Shown here: positions 15,521 to 30,300 of the stretch, piece after piece | Numbering within the stretch: the stretch's first letter is position 1 | Layout of the letters: every line of letters begins with the position of its first letter | Assembly: GCA_002633005.1 (NCBI GenBank) | Contig: NMRA01000322.1 | Location: 1-64,000, forward strand | DNA length: 64,000 nucleotides | Source of the DNA: Phoronis australis | Lineage: Eukaryota; Animalia; Phoronida | Direction: 5' to 3' | Position numbers and translations under genes: made by a program | The notes under the pieces: generated by a model | The model's input: only the letters and a program-made list of their open reading frames with translations | What the model was told of the DNA's origin: nothing | Database searches by the model: none

Positions 15521-17264
15521 CTTCTAAGTGAGAGCCCCTGGACAAGTCCCTCTTTGTTTAAATTTCATGGACTGTTATGTGATCCCGATACCTCAGTTGT
15601 GAAATATGCATACTACGCATCTAAAAAACGGAACAGCTTGTGTATTGCTGACTAGTGTCATAGCACTCCAAAGATCCTGTTTGTTTGTTTGTTGTACTTT
15701 GGACCGATAGCCATATGAACACATAAATAAAGGAAATAATTATACACTGCATGTGATTTAGTCACGAGAATTTGAACGGCCACGTTTTTATTTTTTTTCA
15801 GCTGCTGGAAGACATCAGGAAATCGCTGAAATGTGGTCAATAAATCTGCAAGTAATAACCGTCATGTCATGGTTCAAGATAGTTTTGACAGGTAAAATGA
15901 TGGTCGTATATTTACTACACAAAGAATCAATTGATAACATGATATTTTTGCAATTTAATGCCTGCTCGAGAATTATCGGAAAAGAACTCGTGGTGTTAAC
16001 CTTTGTTAACCTTGCGCAGTAGATGTGTAGTGCAGCCATGTTACAGTTTTTAAACTGTAACATGTATAACCTTAGAAGGTAATACATGTATGTATACGTG
16101 TGCGCGTATGGTAGGATTTGACTACGTTCTTACTTTTTAATTTTTACTTGGTAACACTCAGCTTCGTCAGTTGGAGTTACCCATGCTGCAAAACTCGAAA
16201 ATGATATGGATATTCATGTTAGGCTCGGAAACGATGTACACTTTACTGATACCCGGTGTAGTATCATTTTTGTCTTTGCAACGATTGAAGCTTACTAATG
16301 CACGGAGATGACTTGCAGTAACACAGTTTTGTGTAGAATTGCGTATTTTTGCGCAGACTTGCGTGTTTATGCGTAGACTTGCATAGTTTTGCGTCGGCTT
16401 GCATAAGAACTGTACTCATTGTACGTCCAGTTCTCTATCCCTAATGTACATGTAGAAGACAAAATTTAATAGCTTTCATCTCGTCTACCCGTCGGCGTAT
16501 TGCCTCGTAGTCTAGCGGATAGGCACAGTTCTAGGACGAAATTTGGTACGATGAACTACGAATCTCTACTCAGGCCTGGTATGCAACTATCGTTATTTTT
16601 TATAAAAATGAAACAACCGTTATTTTTATGAAAAATCATTAGTCTTCACACACCATATTTCGATCAAATTTTGAGTTTCCACAGAAAATGCCCAAAAATA
16701 TTTTCGTATAAAAATCAAACCACGGGCCTTGGTCTGCAAATACGTGTATTTGACATAACTGGAGTAAAAATTTTGTTGAATTTTCAGGAAAATATTCCGA
16801 AAATGTTTTCTACAGAAAGACTTGCATGAATGGGAGTTTAATCGCACCATTGCAAGATTTGCGGAATTATCAACTTTGCCCACTCGAGTAAAAATTTTCT
16901 GCAAAAAAAAAACTCGCGAGAACGGTAGCCAAATTTGGTCATTTTTCTAGGGTCCTTCATAACCTTAAACTGTAACATGGCTTCATTACATAACAGGTCG
17001 TTGAATCACTCGAGTGTTTAATACGAAATTTCAAAACTGCACTTTTATAACTAATCCACGCCCAGATAACCACTAGCTGTAAATGACTTTCAAATAGTTA
17101 ATTTATTGCTTTAATTAATAGCAAAATAAATAGTTACGTGAGAATTCGATGGCTTATCAGCCCTACGTAATTCTATTCCTATTTGTCATACTTCCGTTTC
17201 CAGGACTCGAGTTCCGGTCTGTATTTTACGCGTTATTCTAACGCCGACTCTGCTGCGAAATGAA

Positions 17265-17740
17265 ATTTCAACTCACCATAATAACTCCTAATAAATTAAC
17301 AACACATTATGATGAGTTTGAAATTCATTATTAGGAGCTTGCAACTCAGTTGAATAACATAAGAGACAATTCGTTTAAATCTATTCATAACACTTAGGTA
17401 CAAGACAATTGTAACACGTTCGCATCTCAATATGTTAATATAAGTCACTATAATGAGTTCGCAACTAAAAAGGCGTCGCGTCAATTTGATGAATTGGCAA
17501 AAATTATAGTGTGTTTGGTATCATTTATGAGTTTGCAAATTACTATAATAAGCTCTCAGCTCATAACCATGCCTTGTCAACTCAAAGTAATGAGTTCAAA
17601 AACTAACTAAACACTATAAGTTGTTGACCTAACATAATGAGATGCCAACCAACTGCAACGAATCTGTATATCATATTATAAGAGTTGTCAACTCATACTT
17701 GAATTCGCAATTCATTTTAACATGTTTGAAGTTAACTGTA
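17265..17740. repeat. Array of ataATGAGTT.(g/c)AACTCA-type motifs in both orientations, probably a decayed MITE
   Basis: The atgagtt/aactca motif recurs many times in about 470 bp. Termini not resolved. Confidence 0.45.
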
Positions 17741-18631
17741 GCTTGTTTCCGTTCCTTGTCCTTTTCCCCTTTACCCTGCACTCCGCCATCCCCCTTTTCG
17801 CACGTTCCTCTATCCCTGCCCCTTTCTTCTGCTTAATTTTTCGCAATACTTTGTTTCAAAAACATTAACCTTTCCCAGGGGTTAATTTCTGAAACTTTAT
17901 TATACGATTTTTTGAACAGCTGTCTTTAGACCACTAACTCTGAAACGGTAAAAGAAGGGACCCCATGTTATGAAAAATCCTTTTACAAACAACGTTTCGA
18001 TGGCATATTCAATATGAAAACACACCCAATATTTTTTTTGGATGGAAACAGAATCTTTTTCAGAGTTTTAAATTCCCAAATCGAACCGTTTTGTTGAGAC
18101 TTACGTCGTTAACACACCGTTTTGTAGGCAATTTTGTCAGAAAAGGCACCTTTTGGCAGGGAAACAATATAGCGGACTTATACCGTGGGTGTGAGACACT
18201 CGCACTACATTCAGAGTATTTGTTTTGTAATAAAAGAAAGACAAGCGCAGCAGTTAATCCTCTGTTTCACTCAGAACTTGTTCTACATGTCAAAAGTGTA
18301 TGTGCGTAGACTCAGCAATGTTCGAGTCATTTCGCCAGCAAACAATGTTCGTCAGCCACGCACTCGACAATTTCAAACGACTTTCGCTTTTTATTTACGC
18401 TTCTTCGATTTCTTTTATCACTTTCCGCTACTCAAGGCTGTTAGTGAAAACATGTTGCCTTAAATTTCCGCCAGTAATTCATATTTGACGTGAACCACCA
18501 TTAGTTTACGTATGTTTACGCGTTTAAACATATACAGTGTTTAAGTACGGATGGAAAAGACAAAATGCTGATTACAACGGAACATTATTACAAAGTTACC
18601 CTGTAGGCTTTGAGGGGAACAGGACAGCTCT

Positions 18632-18825
18632 CAATGGCGAATTTACGGAGTGCCAAGGGGGACATGGTCCTACCCAAAACTTTCCTAGATTCCATTTGGG
18701 AGTTCGAGGGTACGAATGTATGATGGACAAAACCCTGGCTTATACTCTGCTGTGCCCCACCCCAACTCAAAACCCTGGCTTATACTCAGCTCTGCCGCCC
18801 CCCTCAACTCAAAACCCTGGCTTAT
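18632..18825. mobile_element. Family A MITE copy with an internal ~40-bp tandem amplification running into an N gap
   Basis: Aligns with the 33896-34046 copy. caaaaccctggcttat occurs 3 times, and the gap spans 18826-18876. Confidence 0.7.
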
Positions 18826-20647
18826 NNNNNNNNNNNNNNNNNNNNNNNNNNNNNNNNNNNNNNNNNNNNNNNNNNNCAGAAAATACGACAATGGACTCGT
18901 TACCTTTTCTTCACTCCGTCAAAAACTGTAAGCAAAGTTTTGAGTCATTTCACATCACAAGCCCAACAAATGAGCACAAAAAAATATTCTCTTTTGTATT
19001 TTGACCCCTTCACTGAAAAGCAAGGTAGACTAAGAAAAAAGCCAAATCGGCACTTTTCACCTCCAAACCACTACTTCCCTGCCGATGCTCGGCTACGGAC
19101 AACATCAGATTCCGAAAGCAAATTTCCTGCCAATTCCAAAAACTGTGGCCCAAAAGTACAGTCAACCAACTAGTTTTTTGCAAATCTAGCTTGTTTGAGG
19201 GCTAACTGAAATCGCAGCTCATTTCTCAGTCGCCACCCATCAATACACAATTGCAACAGGGGGCGCCATCTTGAAGAAGAGTGCAGCCAAGCAAATGGTC
19301 ATTTTCATTTTCAGCATGTTCACGAATACAAGCAAACCACATTCACATAGCCTGCATGCAATACCTACCAAAGAATGCCCCCAAGCCTGGCCTTCCCCTA
19401 GATTTTAATATTTTTGGAGTGCAAACTGGCCGTTCAGTGTCACCTTGGTACCCGTGCGTAACTTAAGATAGTCCTACTTGAGCGATTTTACGATGGTTTC
19501 ATATGTGTGTTATTTTGAACGTTCTTATAAGTTATTAGGTACTTGACAAAAAAGCAACTTGATCAATATATTCACAAAACGCATAGAGCGTGACGTAGAA
19601 GAAGTATTACCTCACGAGACATTCTTCAGCGTATCGACCGAGACCGAAGGTTGAGGTCGACACGCGGAATAATGTCGACGTACGGTTTGTATTTATCCCT
19701 TACGCTTCGAATTCTTAAGTTTCTTTCATTTTTTCGGCAGATTTTTCAAATACTACACACAGACTGTTTACGTGGCCGATCACATCCTTTATGTATATAC
19801 TTGCGTGTTGCAAAAGAAACAGTTTTAATTGTAACGATTTCTTACCTGAAAAGAGATAACAAAGATGAAAACAACGGTAATTGTGCATTGAACTTGTAAC
19901 ATTTCCTTAAAATAGTTAAATAACAACAATATTTGATATTGCAGTTACTGAGGAATCAAATCGCCACCTGAGTTGCAGACGATATAATTTTTAGCAATTG
20001 AAAACTGAGACAAGTGTCATATAATTAACAGATTTGTACCAGCTGTTACGTCTGCGACCTGATTGCATGTCGAGTGTTATTTATACTGCTGCAGTTGTAT
20101 TACTTTAAACTATAATCGGAAAGTTTGATGATCGAACAGACTAACGTCGTCGAGTCGACATTGACCTACCTTTTGAACTTTCCATGTCAGAGGGAACTGT
20201 TGAAGTAGTGCGGGAGGTGAATACAGAAAACAATATCACATGGCCGCATTGCACTCGAGTGATTCAACGCGTATGGAATAAAAACAACACCACTTAATTT
20301 TCAAGAAACCACCGAAAGTTAAGGATATCATATTCATGGGCAATTTACCCGGTGCTGGTGCATTCAGACTAGTAGTTAAGCATACACCTGTACAAGGTAT
20401 GCAGTGTATGAATGAATGAATACTACTCAACAAAAATATACTCACATGGTGTCCAAAGTCAAGTGTTTTGTGCAATGGGCCCAACCATGAGGCCTGCGCA
20501 CGTCTGATGCACCGCAAATGACATCAGACCACCTGAACTGTTTTTGTTTTGTCCAAAGTCCTTGCGGTTCATCTGATCTAGAATTTCTGTGAAGGTTTTG
20601 TTTTTAGTTTAAATACTCACTACCTTTTGTTTGTTTTCAAATTTCAG

Positions 20648-21331
20648 ACAGTACAAATGGACTTGGCATCTATTTTGATGGGCACAGACTGACCAAAGAA
20701 CAACATATGTTAAGGATTTTTGAAGCAGCTCCACCGAACACTTCCATCACTTCCGTTTCCGTTGGATACTTGACGCAAACGGCCCAAAACGAAACTTTTG
20801 ACATATGGTTGTCCGGTAGGGATGCAGAACATTTCGCGATTGTCAACATGGCGATAGTTACTACTCAACAGCCGCAGATCAACAGACCACTAAATGCAAA
20901 TTACAGTATTATAGTTGAAGCAAGAACCTCGCAGGATACTACAACGAGTGCCACAGTCTCTGTTACGATTTTAGTTTCAAAAAGGAACATTTTCGCTCCG
21001 CAATTACCATTCAGCTCGAAAACAATAGAGAACGCTTATCAGAAGGGACGAACACAAATGTTCGATATACTGCACACCAATGCAACCGATCCCGACCCCC
21101 AGGATTATAACCGCAAAACACAATTTTCCTTAGAATGCGATGGCAAAAAAACTTGGTGCGCAGATACCATAGCGTCGATCGATCGTGGTACAGGCATTAT
21201 CAGCACTAAACGCAACTTAACCATAGGCGACGTGGACAAAGTTTACTATGCAATTCTCACAGTTAGAAATAGAGGAATACCGCAGCTTTACTCAACTGCA
21301 AAACTTTCCATAGTATTTAGGGCATTTTCTG
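20648..21331 (+). CDS. aGPCR exon: two cadherin-like repeats
   Basis: IFEAAPPNTSITSV, FAI, YSIIVEA, ATVSVTI, ATDPD, IDRGTGII, NRGIPQLYSTAKLSI. Bounded by tttcAG and GTAAGT. Confidence 0.9.
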
Positions 21332-24300
21332 GTAAGTAAGGATACTTTTCAAATTGCCTTACGCACTAATTGTGCTAAGATAAACCTCCCTCGAAGCACC
21401 AACAATAGACTACTTACTCTTTGGTTCGTTTCAAACTGTTTCTTGCTCATATAGTAAGTACTGTTGAGTCTCAGGAAGAGCTGAAACGTGCTGACTGCTC
21501 GATGCAAATTACAAGCTACCGAGTCAAGCCCAATACTTTAGACAGCTATCTTTGACCAGTGGTTAGTTTTTTCAACGCACACTGTATCTATAAGACATCA
21601 CCTCTGGTCCGAGTAAGGAAGAAGTTGTAACCTATTTTGTAACGGTGAATGGTCCAAATAAAAACCAGGTTCTTTGATGGAAAACAGGGCTTTAGCAGCC
21701 TTAACTCTTGTAAGTATTTTTGGATTGTTGCTGAGTAATTTTCAGGCTGCACTCGTCATAAATAAGCAAATTATGAAATAGTTTTACCTTGTTTAGCTTT
21801 GAAATGAGCTTTGGACCTTTGACGTCCATTTCTGTAAAAACAAAATCAATGAAAGAGCCTGCTTTGTTTTAAGGCACACGTTTTAATTTTTTGGTTGACT
21901 CTGTTATTCGATGGGTATTAAAAGTGATTTCGCGGGCTACAGCGAGGAGAGAGGGCAAAGATGCCGGCGAACAGGTTCCAGCTTTTCCATCATGCGCAGC
22001 CTAGCCATGTCGATTGGTTTGATGAAAACGTATAAAATTATGCTCTGTTTCATTCTATAGCCATTGAGATTTTAATTTATTCTCAAAGTCGTATAAATAG
22101 GTGGCGGTACATAACACTTCCCTACTGACAACTTCTTTTGTTTAGGGATTAGATATGCTTGGCAATGTACCTCTTCATGGTAACATTCCTTCTCAACCGT
22201 TATAGACACCGCGTATCATTGGGACTGGACTGTTTTATTGTTTTAAGGGCACAACTCGGTTAACTTCAACAGAAAAGGGGAAATAGCGCTCACTAAAACG
22301 TGTTCCTTTGTTCATGTGCTCCAACTTCTTGTATAACCTGCCTCAGTGCAACAAGTTGGGGACGATGGCACTGGTGTATACTACCGCTTGTCAGACTGAT
22401 CTTAATACCCCCAAAGAATGCAAAAGCATTCAAAGGGGGCAGAGCGCCCTGCTTTGAGTTAAATACTACGGAACTGTTCATCGATCGAAATTTGTAATTT
22501 TTTATCAACTCGTAATACACTGAAATGAGAACAGTTATGTAGACATTCCAAAAATCTGTGATTCGTTCATTTGTCAAACGCAAGTGTCGGCCCATTTGTC
22601 AATATTAAATAAGCTCAGAGTAGAGGATCATCAATCTATTGTGATCACTAATCCCAACAGCTTACAATCACAAGCAATTTTAATAATGGTGTTTGTAAGA
22701 ATTTTAATAAAATTCAACCATGTATAGAGATCATGTTTACACAGTATAATGCCTAGTGAATAGACACGACGAAACGTCTGCATCTCCTTTATAAAGATGT
22801 TAAATTTGTGTAATTATCTTCCCTTCAATGGTGACATTGGCTAGGGTATGGCTATTGTATGCAGTTCTGCACTTAAGAGTTCGCGATTTCATTCATTATC
22901 TTTCATTAATAACTTTCAAAAAAAGGTGACGAATTTCGTCGAAATCCATTTGGCTTCTTCGAAATAATGACGTAATTTTTTTTAAAGCAGTAAGTGCAAA
23001 TGGAGTTCAAGTTTGAATATGAAAGTGTGAGAGAAGCTAGTGTGATCACGTCATAGGCTTGTAATACATATCTCGCGAAGCCTTGCGTGAGCTTGCGTTT
23101 TCGCGAGGTTGTCGCGGGTAGGAAACGTACGCCCGCGTCATGGCCTTTATGTTGTCCATTATTTGTCCCGAGTTCTATTTACGGTCAAATTCTCTTGTTC
23201 ACGTGTTTAAATTGTTTTAGATTGTTCATTGTGGTGTCCACTCTTCGACACCTCAGTGAAATGAACAATTTTCTGAACGATGCTTTCAAAATTGTGACTT
23301 CACTAAGATTATTCAACTATCTTCTGGACCATGGCTGCATTTGTCTAAAATTTCTACCGCGAAACGAGTGAGAGGATGTAGAGAGTAAAAAGTTTCATTC
23401 AGAACCATGGGATTTTTAACAATTTTTTTTTTGTTCACATCCATTATTAGGACCACTCTTATGTCAATGCAATCTCTTGTTGTATACCTTCCAACTTGTA
23501 GCCTAATTTTTAAGGTAGAACATCGCATAAATAATACCATAACCACTTAGAAATTTACAGCTTGCGCATTATAGAAATTAATTGATATATATACTTTACA
23601 AAATTGGGACTCCTCCTCAGAGCCACAGGAACCTCTCAAAAGTTATGTTGATCGGGACGGAAGTGTAAATTGTAGCAACGCGAAGAATTCGCTATAGTTG
23701 CAGACTGTTTATAACCTATGGCCACCAAGTACCTGTAACCCGGCACTGAAGTACACGTACATGTATGTCAATTCTTATCGCTTATTTCAGAGTTTTTCTC
23801 ATGTAAGTCGCTATGTTGAATTTCAGTTATCTCAACTTCGTGAATTTCAGCTGTCCGTCAGATATCCACCACCACGTTACCCAATGGAACACTGGTGTGT
23901 TTTCATCCGCCGCAGTACGGAAGAACACCGTACTACAGTCTGCAATACAGAAAACTAGGCAGCGCGGCAATAGGATCCATGGAGATTAGAAATTCAAATT
24001 GGTAAGGGTATGATATGGACCTCATAAATTTAAATAACAGCTTTTTATGTAAAATGACTTATTCTTATTAAAATGACATAGGCAAAAAATTGAATTTTGG
24101 GCGTCAAAAGCGGTGCGCCCTCTATTAATATAGGGGCCTCACCGAAAGGGGGCCGAAGAGCGGGGCCCTTCCATATTAATATAAGTTGCCCCGCTTTTGA
24201 CGCCCGAAATTCAATTTTTGCCTATGTCATTTTAATAAGAATAAGTAATTTTAAATAATAAGCTGTTAAATGTGCATTTCGTCCCATTCAGCGTTTTACA

Positions 24301-27300
24301 TTCTTTACCGTGATACGATTCTATCCCGTTTCAAACAAGAGCATCACATCCATCAGCGACTCAAAAAAACGCTTCAGAGTTAATTAGGGTTGGCCAAGCC
24401 TAATATTGCGAATTCGAAAATGGCCTATGTACGTATTGTCTGTGAGTTGGTAACAGAACTGGAATCCTGCCACAATTATGCTACCGAATTTAAGGAAGTA
24501 AAAGTTCTAATTCGATATTCGTTTAGTTAAAAAGGGCGATATGTAAATTGAATTTGGGGAGCGTTCAGTAATACCACTTGAAGCTAAGTCAGAGTTGTGG
24601 TGAGTTATGGTGATGCCACAGATCACCTCAAACATCGTAGAATCGCACAGGCGGTTATCGGCGGTGACCACGATTTTGCGTATCGGTTTGTGCAGTCGTG
24701 AAGGCATCACCGTAGTTGTCTGCTATCTCACCAAAGCTCTGTGATATTAAGTTTATGGAACCATGGATCATCCAGACAATACCGAACGTTTCCTAATGAC
24801 TCGTGAGTGATAGCTACACCTCCAGACAAGTACATGTAGATCACCTGGCTGGTTCCCGAACTAAACACTACTTGTTAAGGTCAAGAAACTCAGCAATTGC
24901 CTTTGCGACCATTTCAAATCTCCGGGAATCTCCATAAAATTCTATGACGACATCCAGATAAAATGACTATATGTAGATGAAGTGATGCGTTGTCTTTGGG
25001 CTGCTATTCTTAAACCTCTCATTTTCAGGCACAGCTATGGCTTAATATGCAGAAAACTGTTCCTCCCGGATTCGTCTAGCGCCTACAAGATAACAATATG
25101 GGCACACGACGGCAACCGCAACGGAGTTAAAACCTGGAAATGGACGCGGAAACCAATGTCCACATGCCAGCACAATACGTGCCGCAACCAAGGCACATGT
25201 TACGACTCTTGGGACAGTTTTCATTGCGTTTGCGCTCCGGGATACGCAGGTACATGTACTACTGCATTTCATTGTACTGTAGGAATGACTCGCACATCAG
25301 CTACAGACGTTTCGAAATCAAATAGACGAACTCATCAACAGCCTGATCTACACTGAGACTTGATGATTTTGGATGACAAGCAATTTATTGAATATCTTAT
25401 TCTTATTAAAATGGCATAGGTAGGAACTTAAATTTCAGGCCTCTTGTAGTATTAAAGCGGGCCTCGCCCGTACGCAACCTATGAGCGGGGCCCACCAAAT
25501 AATGTAGGCGGGCCCACCAGAAGGCGATCGATGAGCATGACCCCTCCGTACATGTACGTACACGAGAGACGGGCGTACAGGATGTTACATAGGGAGCTTT
25601 CGGCAACCTTTTTAATCGAACTTATTCAAGACCTTTACAGCTAACTATATGCAACATTAATTAAACACACAACACGTTTCGCTACTGACAGTCGATCTTT
25701 ATCCCGTTCCGTACGTTTGCTCGGAATAAAACTCTGCACTCAATGGAACATTGGGGAAGAGACACGATTAAAAGGTAAACGAAATTTCGAAACATACTTG
25801 GTTTCATTCTCAAGTGGAAATAAAATGACGCTGGAGACATACACAGTGGAACACGGCAGGTGTGAAATACTAACTATATGCAGAGGAAATGATACTCACC
25901 GTCTACATCAATAGCTCACCAGAATCATTTACATGCTGTACACGAACTCTGTTCATGTACGGACTGAACATTAGTTTTTATTCTCCAATTTATGGACTTC
26001 GTCTTATTAAATTGTGGATCTGCCAAAGCAGTTCATTACTACTCTGCTTAAATGGTGTACAGATAGCGTAACATACACGCAGGTTAAAGCTAAATTGAGC
26101 GCTGTTTTGATTCTATGGCTATTGCATTCGGTCACCAGTTTCTAATCACTCAAATGCAACTTACTTTTAATTTCTTTGGTCTTATTTTCCGACGGCTCTG
26201 ACAAAGCTTTGGTCGACAAGTTTTTCTTAACAAATAAAGGATTTAATCTTATTTTATCTTAGTTTGAAGTGACATACGCAGGCAAATTTATTGTTGCGTA
26301 CCGCCTTCAGGGGCGGATCCAGGATTTTGAGTTAGGGCGGACCAGGACAGAGTATTAGCCAGGATTTTTGCCGTCAGACATTAGCATCACCGAACTGTCA
26401 AATGTAATCTGGGAGAATTTTAGGGGGGCCATGGCCCCCTTGGCCCCCCTCTAAATCTGCTTCTGGCCTTTTGCTCCCTTCCTCAATCTTAAACATAACT
26501 TATGTCACAGCGCTACCTATATGCGGAGTGGCCCTCGAGAGTCGCTATCGGCACGCATCATTGTCCATGACTTTTATTTAAAAGGGTGGCCGGACGTGTG
26601 TCTTAGATATGTGGTATGGGATTTTAGCCGGAAATGTGTAATGGGGCCGACTTTGTGTTTTGTTTTATGCCATGTCATAAACACAGGAACTAGTGCTAGA
26701 GTATATCGATTTAGCCTATTCTTGTTGTTGCGATAGCCGCAAGTAACAAAGCATTTCCCAATAGATGGAGCAATATCCTTGTCCAATTCCCATTATTTAT
26801 TCATCAATCGTAATGTCTACATTTTATTTTCTAATCAATCCGAATGTCCGATTCATAGACCAAGAAATGCTGTTTATACAAGAGTACATCAGGAACGGTG
26901 CCTGATTTATTACCAAGGTGCATTTTACTGTGACGCGATCGAGTTCTTACAAACAATGTTTGAACAAACTTCAGTCTGTGGACGCGTGTCCACAGAATGA
27001 TGATTGAGTGGACTTGATGGCACTTGATGAAATTTCCCTTCATCTGAAACTTAGTGTACATGTATGTTGGGCCCATCATAGGAGGCTGGAGGGGATATAC
27101 TGCGGCCCCCCACTTATTTCAGTGCTGCGCCACCCATCGACATTGGCAGCGCACCATACGGGGCTGCGGGGCTCAATAGCCCCCCTCCCGCCACTTGCAT
27201 GTATTTCGGTGCTGCGCAGCCCATGTAATGTGATGTCAAATATCTTCAATAGGGGTAATGATCAATGTCAGGATTCGTGATTCGATCACTGACTTGATTC

Positions 27301-30300
27301 CTTAATAAAAATACTTTCACGTATCCAATATGTTTTCTTCGCACCATTGTGAGACAAAGCTCTTAATCGTATTCTAATAGTCTTCATTCTTGCTCTGTGT
27401 AAATCATTGATATGTCTTTTATATCGTCACGTACGCAGGATAATTGGAAGAGTTTTTTCAGATGACAGCTTGTCACATCGTGACATTAGCAAATACCCCA
27501 TTTGAGATGACATCATATTTTGTTCGCCAAGGTGGGTCAGTTAATTAAGTCAGTGATCAGAAGTTCATTCAACCATCATTCTTGGGAAGACCTTAATTTA
27601 TTATTTCCTTTTGTAAGTACTCGATTGTGCCACACGGAATTCGCCCTTACTTTATTCATCACCAAGATGAAATTATTGCGTGAGATGGCTGTTGCCTATT
27701 ACCTTAACAACATTTAAAGATGAAATTCTCCTCGTTTAGCTGGCTATTAAACAACATACTCTCATAGGGTGTAAAAACTATGTCATAACAGTCCTTAGCG
27801 CGACAAGATTTTATTACGGTTACAAACAATAACATCGAAACCGCCAGCCAACCAAGAAAACGTATCAAAATTTATTGGGGTTAGCCAACCCTAGAACTGC
27901 TGGTAACGGAGAAAGTATCCTATCCAGGGGAGGATCCAGGATTTTAAGTAAGGGGAAGCTAGGGATGAGTATTAGCAAAGATTTTGTCCGTAAGACATTC
28001 GCACCCCCAAACTGCCAAATGGAAACTAAGAGAATTTCAGGGAGGGCATGCCCCCTTGCCCCCCCACCGCCCCTCAATCCGCCACTGCTATTACGGTAAT
28101 GAATATTTGATAAACAAATTTATTTTCTTTGTTTGGCCAGATGAACAGAGGAAAATGCAACATTGATTGATCGTGATTGATTAGCTTATTTTATTACAAT
28201 GCGTGCATAATTTGAATAATTTAGCTGCAGAAAATGTTTCTGGCATAGATAGTGTACAAATGTTGGGCCAACGCAGGTTTCATTTCTATTCCAAAAACTT
28301 TTACTACTGACTTTGTAACAGGGAGAGGAGTTGTAAGCACGGCTGCGGCTATCACTCACGAGTCGGATAAACACAATTCAGAAGCTCGTGTTGGACTCAC
28401 AAACACGCGCTATGCACGGACTCCTTGTCCCTCGTGTACAGTGTTAGGGGAGCCGTGATACATGTTTGACCGTGAATCGAACGCTGTGTTTATGACTACA
28501 TATTAGGCGGACGGTGAGCAGTGTCGGAGAATTAAGGTTACCGTGTCCTTGAATCATGTTCGTACTTGAATTCGGCAACCGTGTTCTTTCCACCTTTGTA
28601 TATGTTCAGACCTAAAATACAAACCAGAAGTAACAGTTCCTGCCATGCTCATATTGGACTGTCGAAATTTTTAAATCTATATGCGTTTTTTGACATTCTG
28701 TTATACCCACGCACATTCCACAAGTATACACAAAAATATGAATCACAACTTCTAGAACATGTTATAAAATAAAGTCCCCCAACATTGTGAAGCCACCTGG
28801 TTTTTTCTACTGGGGATTGATGATTGTTTGACTGGTTTCCGCTAAAAATTCGTCGCCCTTTGGCGGTGTTCTTAGATTGAAACTTCATGGGCCTGGATCA
28901 TGAATCATACCACTTGAACCTTAAACCTCCGTGTCTATTCAAAGAGGGTTGTTGGCCTTAACTCAGACAAACTCTGTGACACCTCGCTCCAACCAATATT
29001 TCTCTCTGTTCAGTAATTTCACGTCCGCTGTCTCACAGGAGTGTCCCGTGCTACTAAGTTAAACACTGCGGAGTTAACACCACTGGTATTTGCCTTGCAG
29101 TGCTGAGCCAGTCGCGTCGTGACACGTACCGAACACAGTTGCAATCTATGAACACCGACAGGGGCCTATAAATTTTTCGCGGAAACCAATCAGTCACCAA
29201 TCTCCAGTAGAAGGAGCCATTGGGGAATCTATTTATAGTAAGATGAAGAAGTTGCGATTTGTAATTTCCTTTTGTCTAATTAGTCACTTCTGTGTAAAAT
29301 TGTTTTGTTTTTGACTCAGGAAGGAGGTGTAACGTTAGCGCCTGCGACACGATCACTTGTTTAAACAACGGAACATGCTCCGTGTCACGCAGCGGTCGAC
29401 CTCTGTGTGCGTGCCTTAGAGGATACAGTGGCTTGTTCTGTGGAACTCGAGGTAAGTTTATACACCCATAGCCTCGTTTCAAACTTCAAATCGTAGTCGC
29501 TGTCGTGCAAGAAGAAAATATAGTCAAGTTTCTGACAGTTATTTCCAAACGTCTAATGCAAAAACGCCAGTCCTTTCATCAGGTTGAATCCTCCTTCATT
29601 GGCTGTTTCGACGCTGTGCACAGCAACCTCCAGAGTTGCGCCAACCGACGGGGCTAATTTCGGTCCAGGGCTGTAGATTGGCATTAGCGTCCCTCGTCTA
29701 CATCCCTCCAGCAGCTTCAGGACGCCACTGAGAGCTTCCCTATACCCATGCAGCACAACCATTGTGATGCGTTGCTCGCTCGGCCTGGTAACCCATGTTG
29801 CCCACTACTCTGACTCTTTCTCTCTGTTCTTGCTACATTCAGCATATGTAGAGCCCTTCAAACTGATTGGTGCACGAAACCTTTGTAACCAACTTCTACA
29901 GGAAAACACTCTCACTCTCCAGTCTTTCCGTTACGCTCCTCCCACGGCACAGCCAGTTCCAGTGGCACCATTAGCTTGGTTAATCTTGGACACATTACTT
30001 TGTCTGGACAAAAGTTGGGCTTGACTACGGAAAATACACTGGCTCATGCAAGTCCACTGTTAACTTCCAATCCCTTGCCGTATCCAAAACACTGCTTCCA
30101 TCGTGTTGTTTCCCGGGCTCAACTTCTGCGCGTATGAAAACGGGGAGCTCTGGATTACAAGTGTGTTGCAGTTACTTAGTGGACATCGACATGGAGCTAA
30201 AACCCAGCAAAACTTAGTGTGGCACCTGTGCCATCTGTGAGGGAACCAGGCTTCGTTGCTAAGGTACTCGACGTCATTGCTGTGACCAGATATAATACAG

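Noticed and set aside
18070-18470. Possible decayed transposase N-terminus on the minus strand
   Set aside because: Too degenerate to assign by eye, and no element ends were found.
20337-20397. Candidate first coding exon of the aGPCR (MGNLPGAGAFRLVVKHTPVQ, phase 1 donor)
   Set aside because: The phase fits, but there is no hydrophobic signal-peptide core.
29570-29615. Permuted hammerhead ribozyme in the HERO-like UTR
   Set aside because: GAAAC and CUGAUGA are present, but there is no GUH cleavage site or valid stem III.
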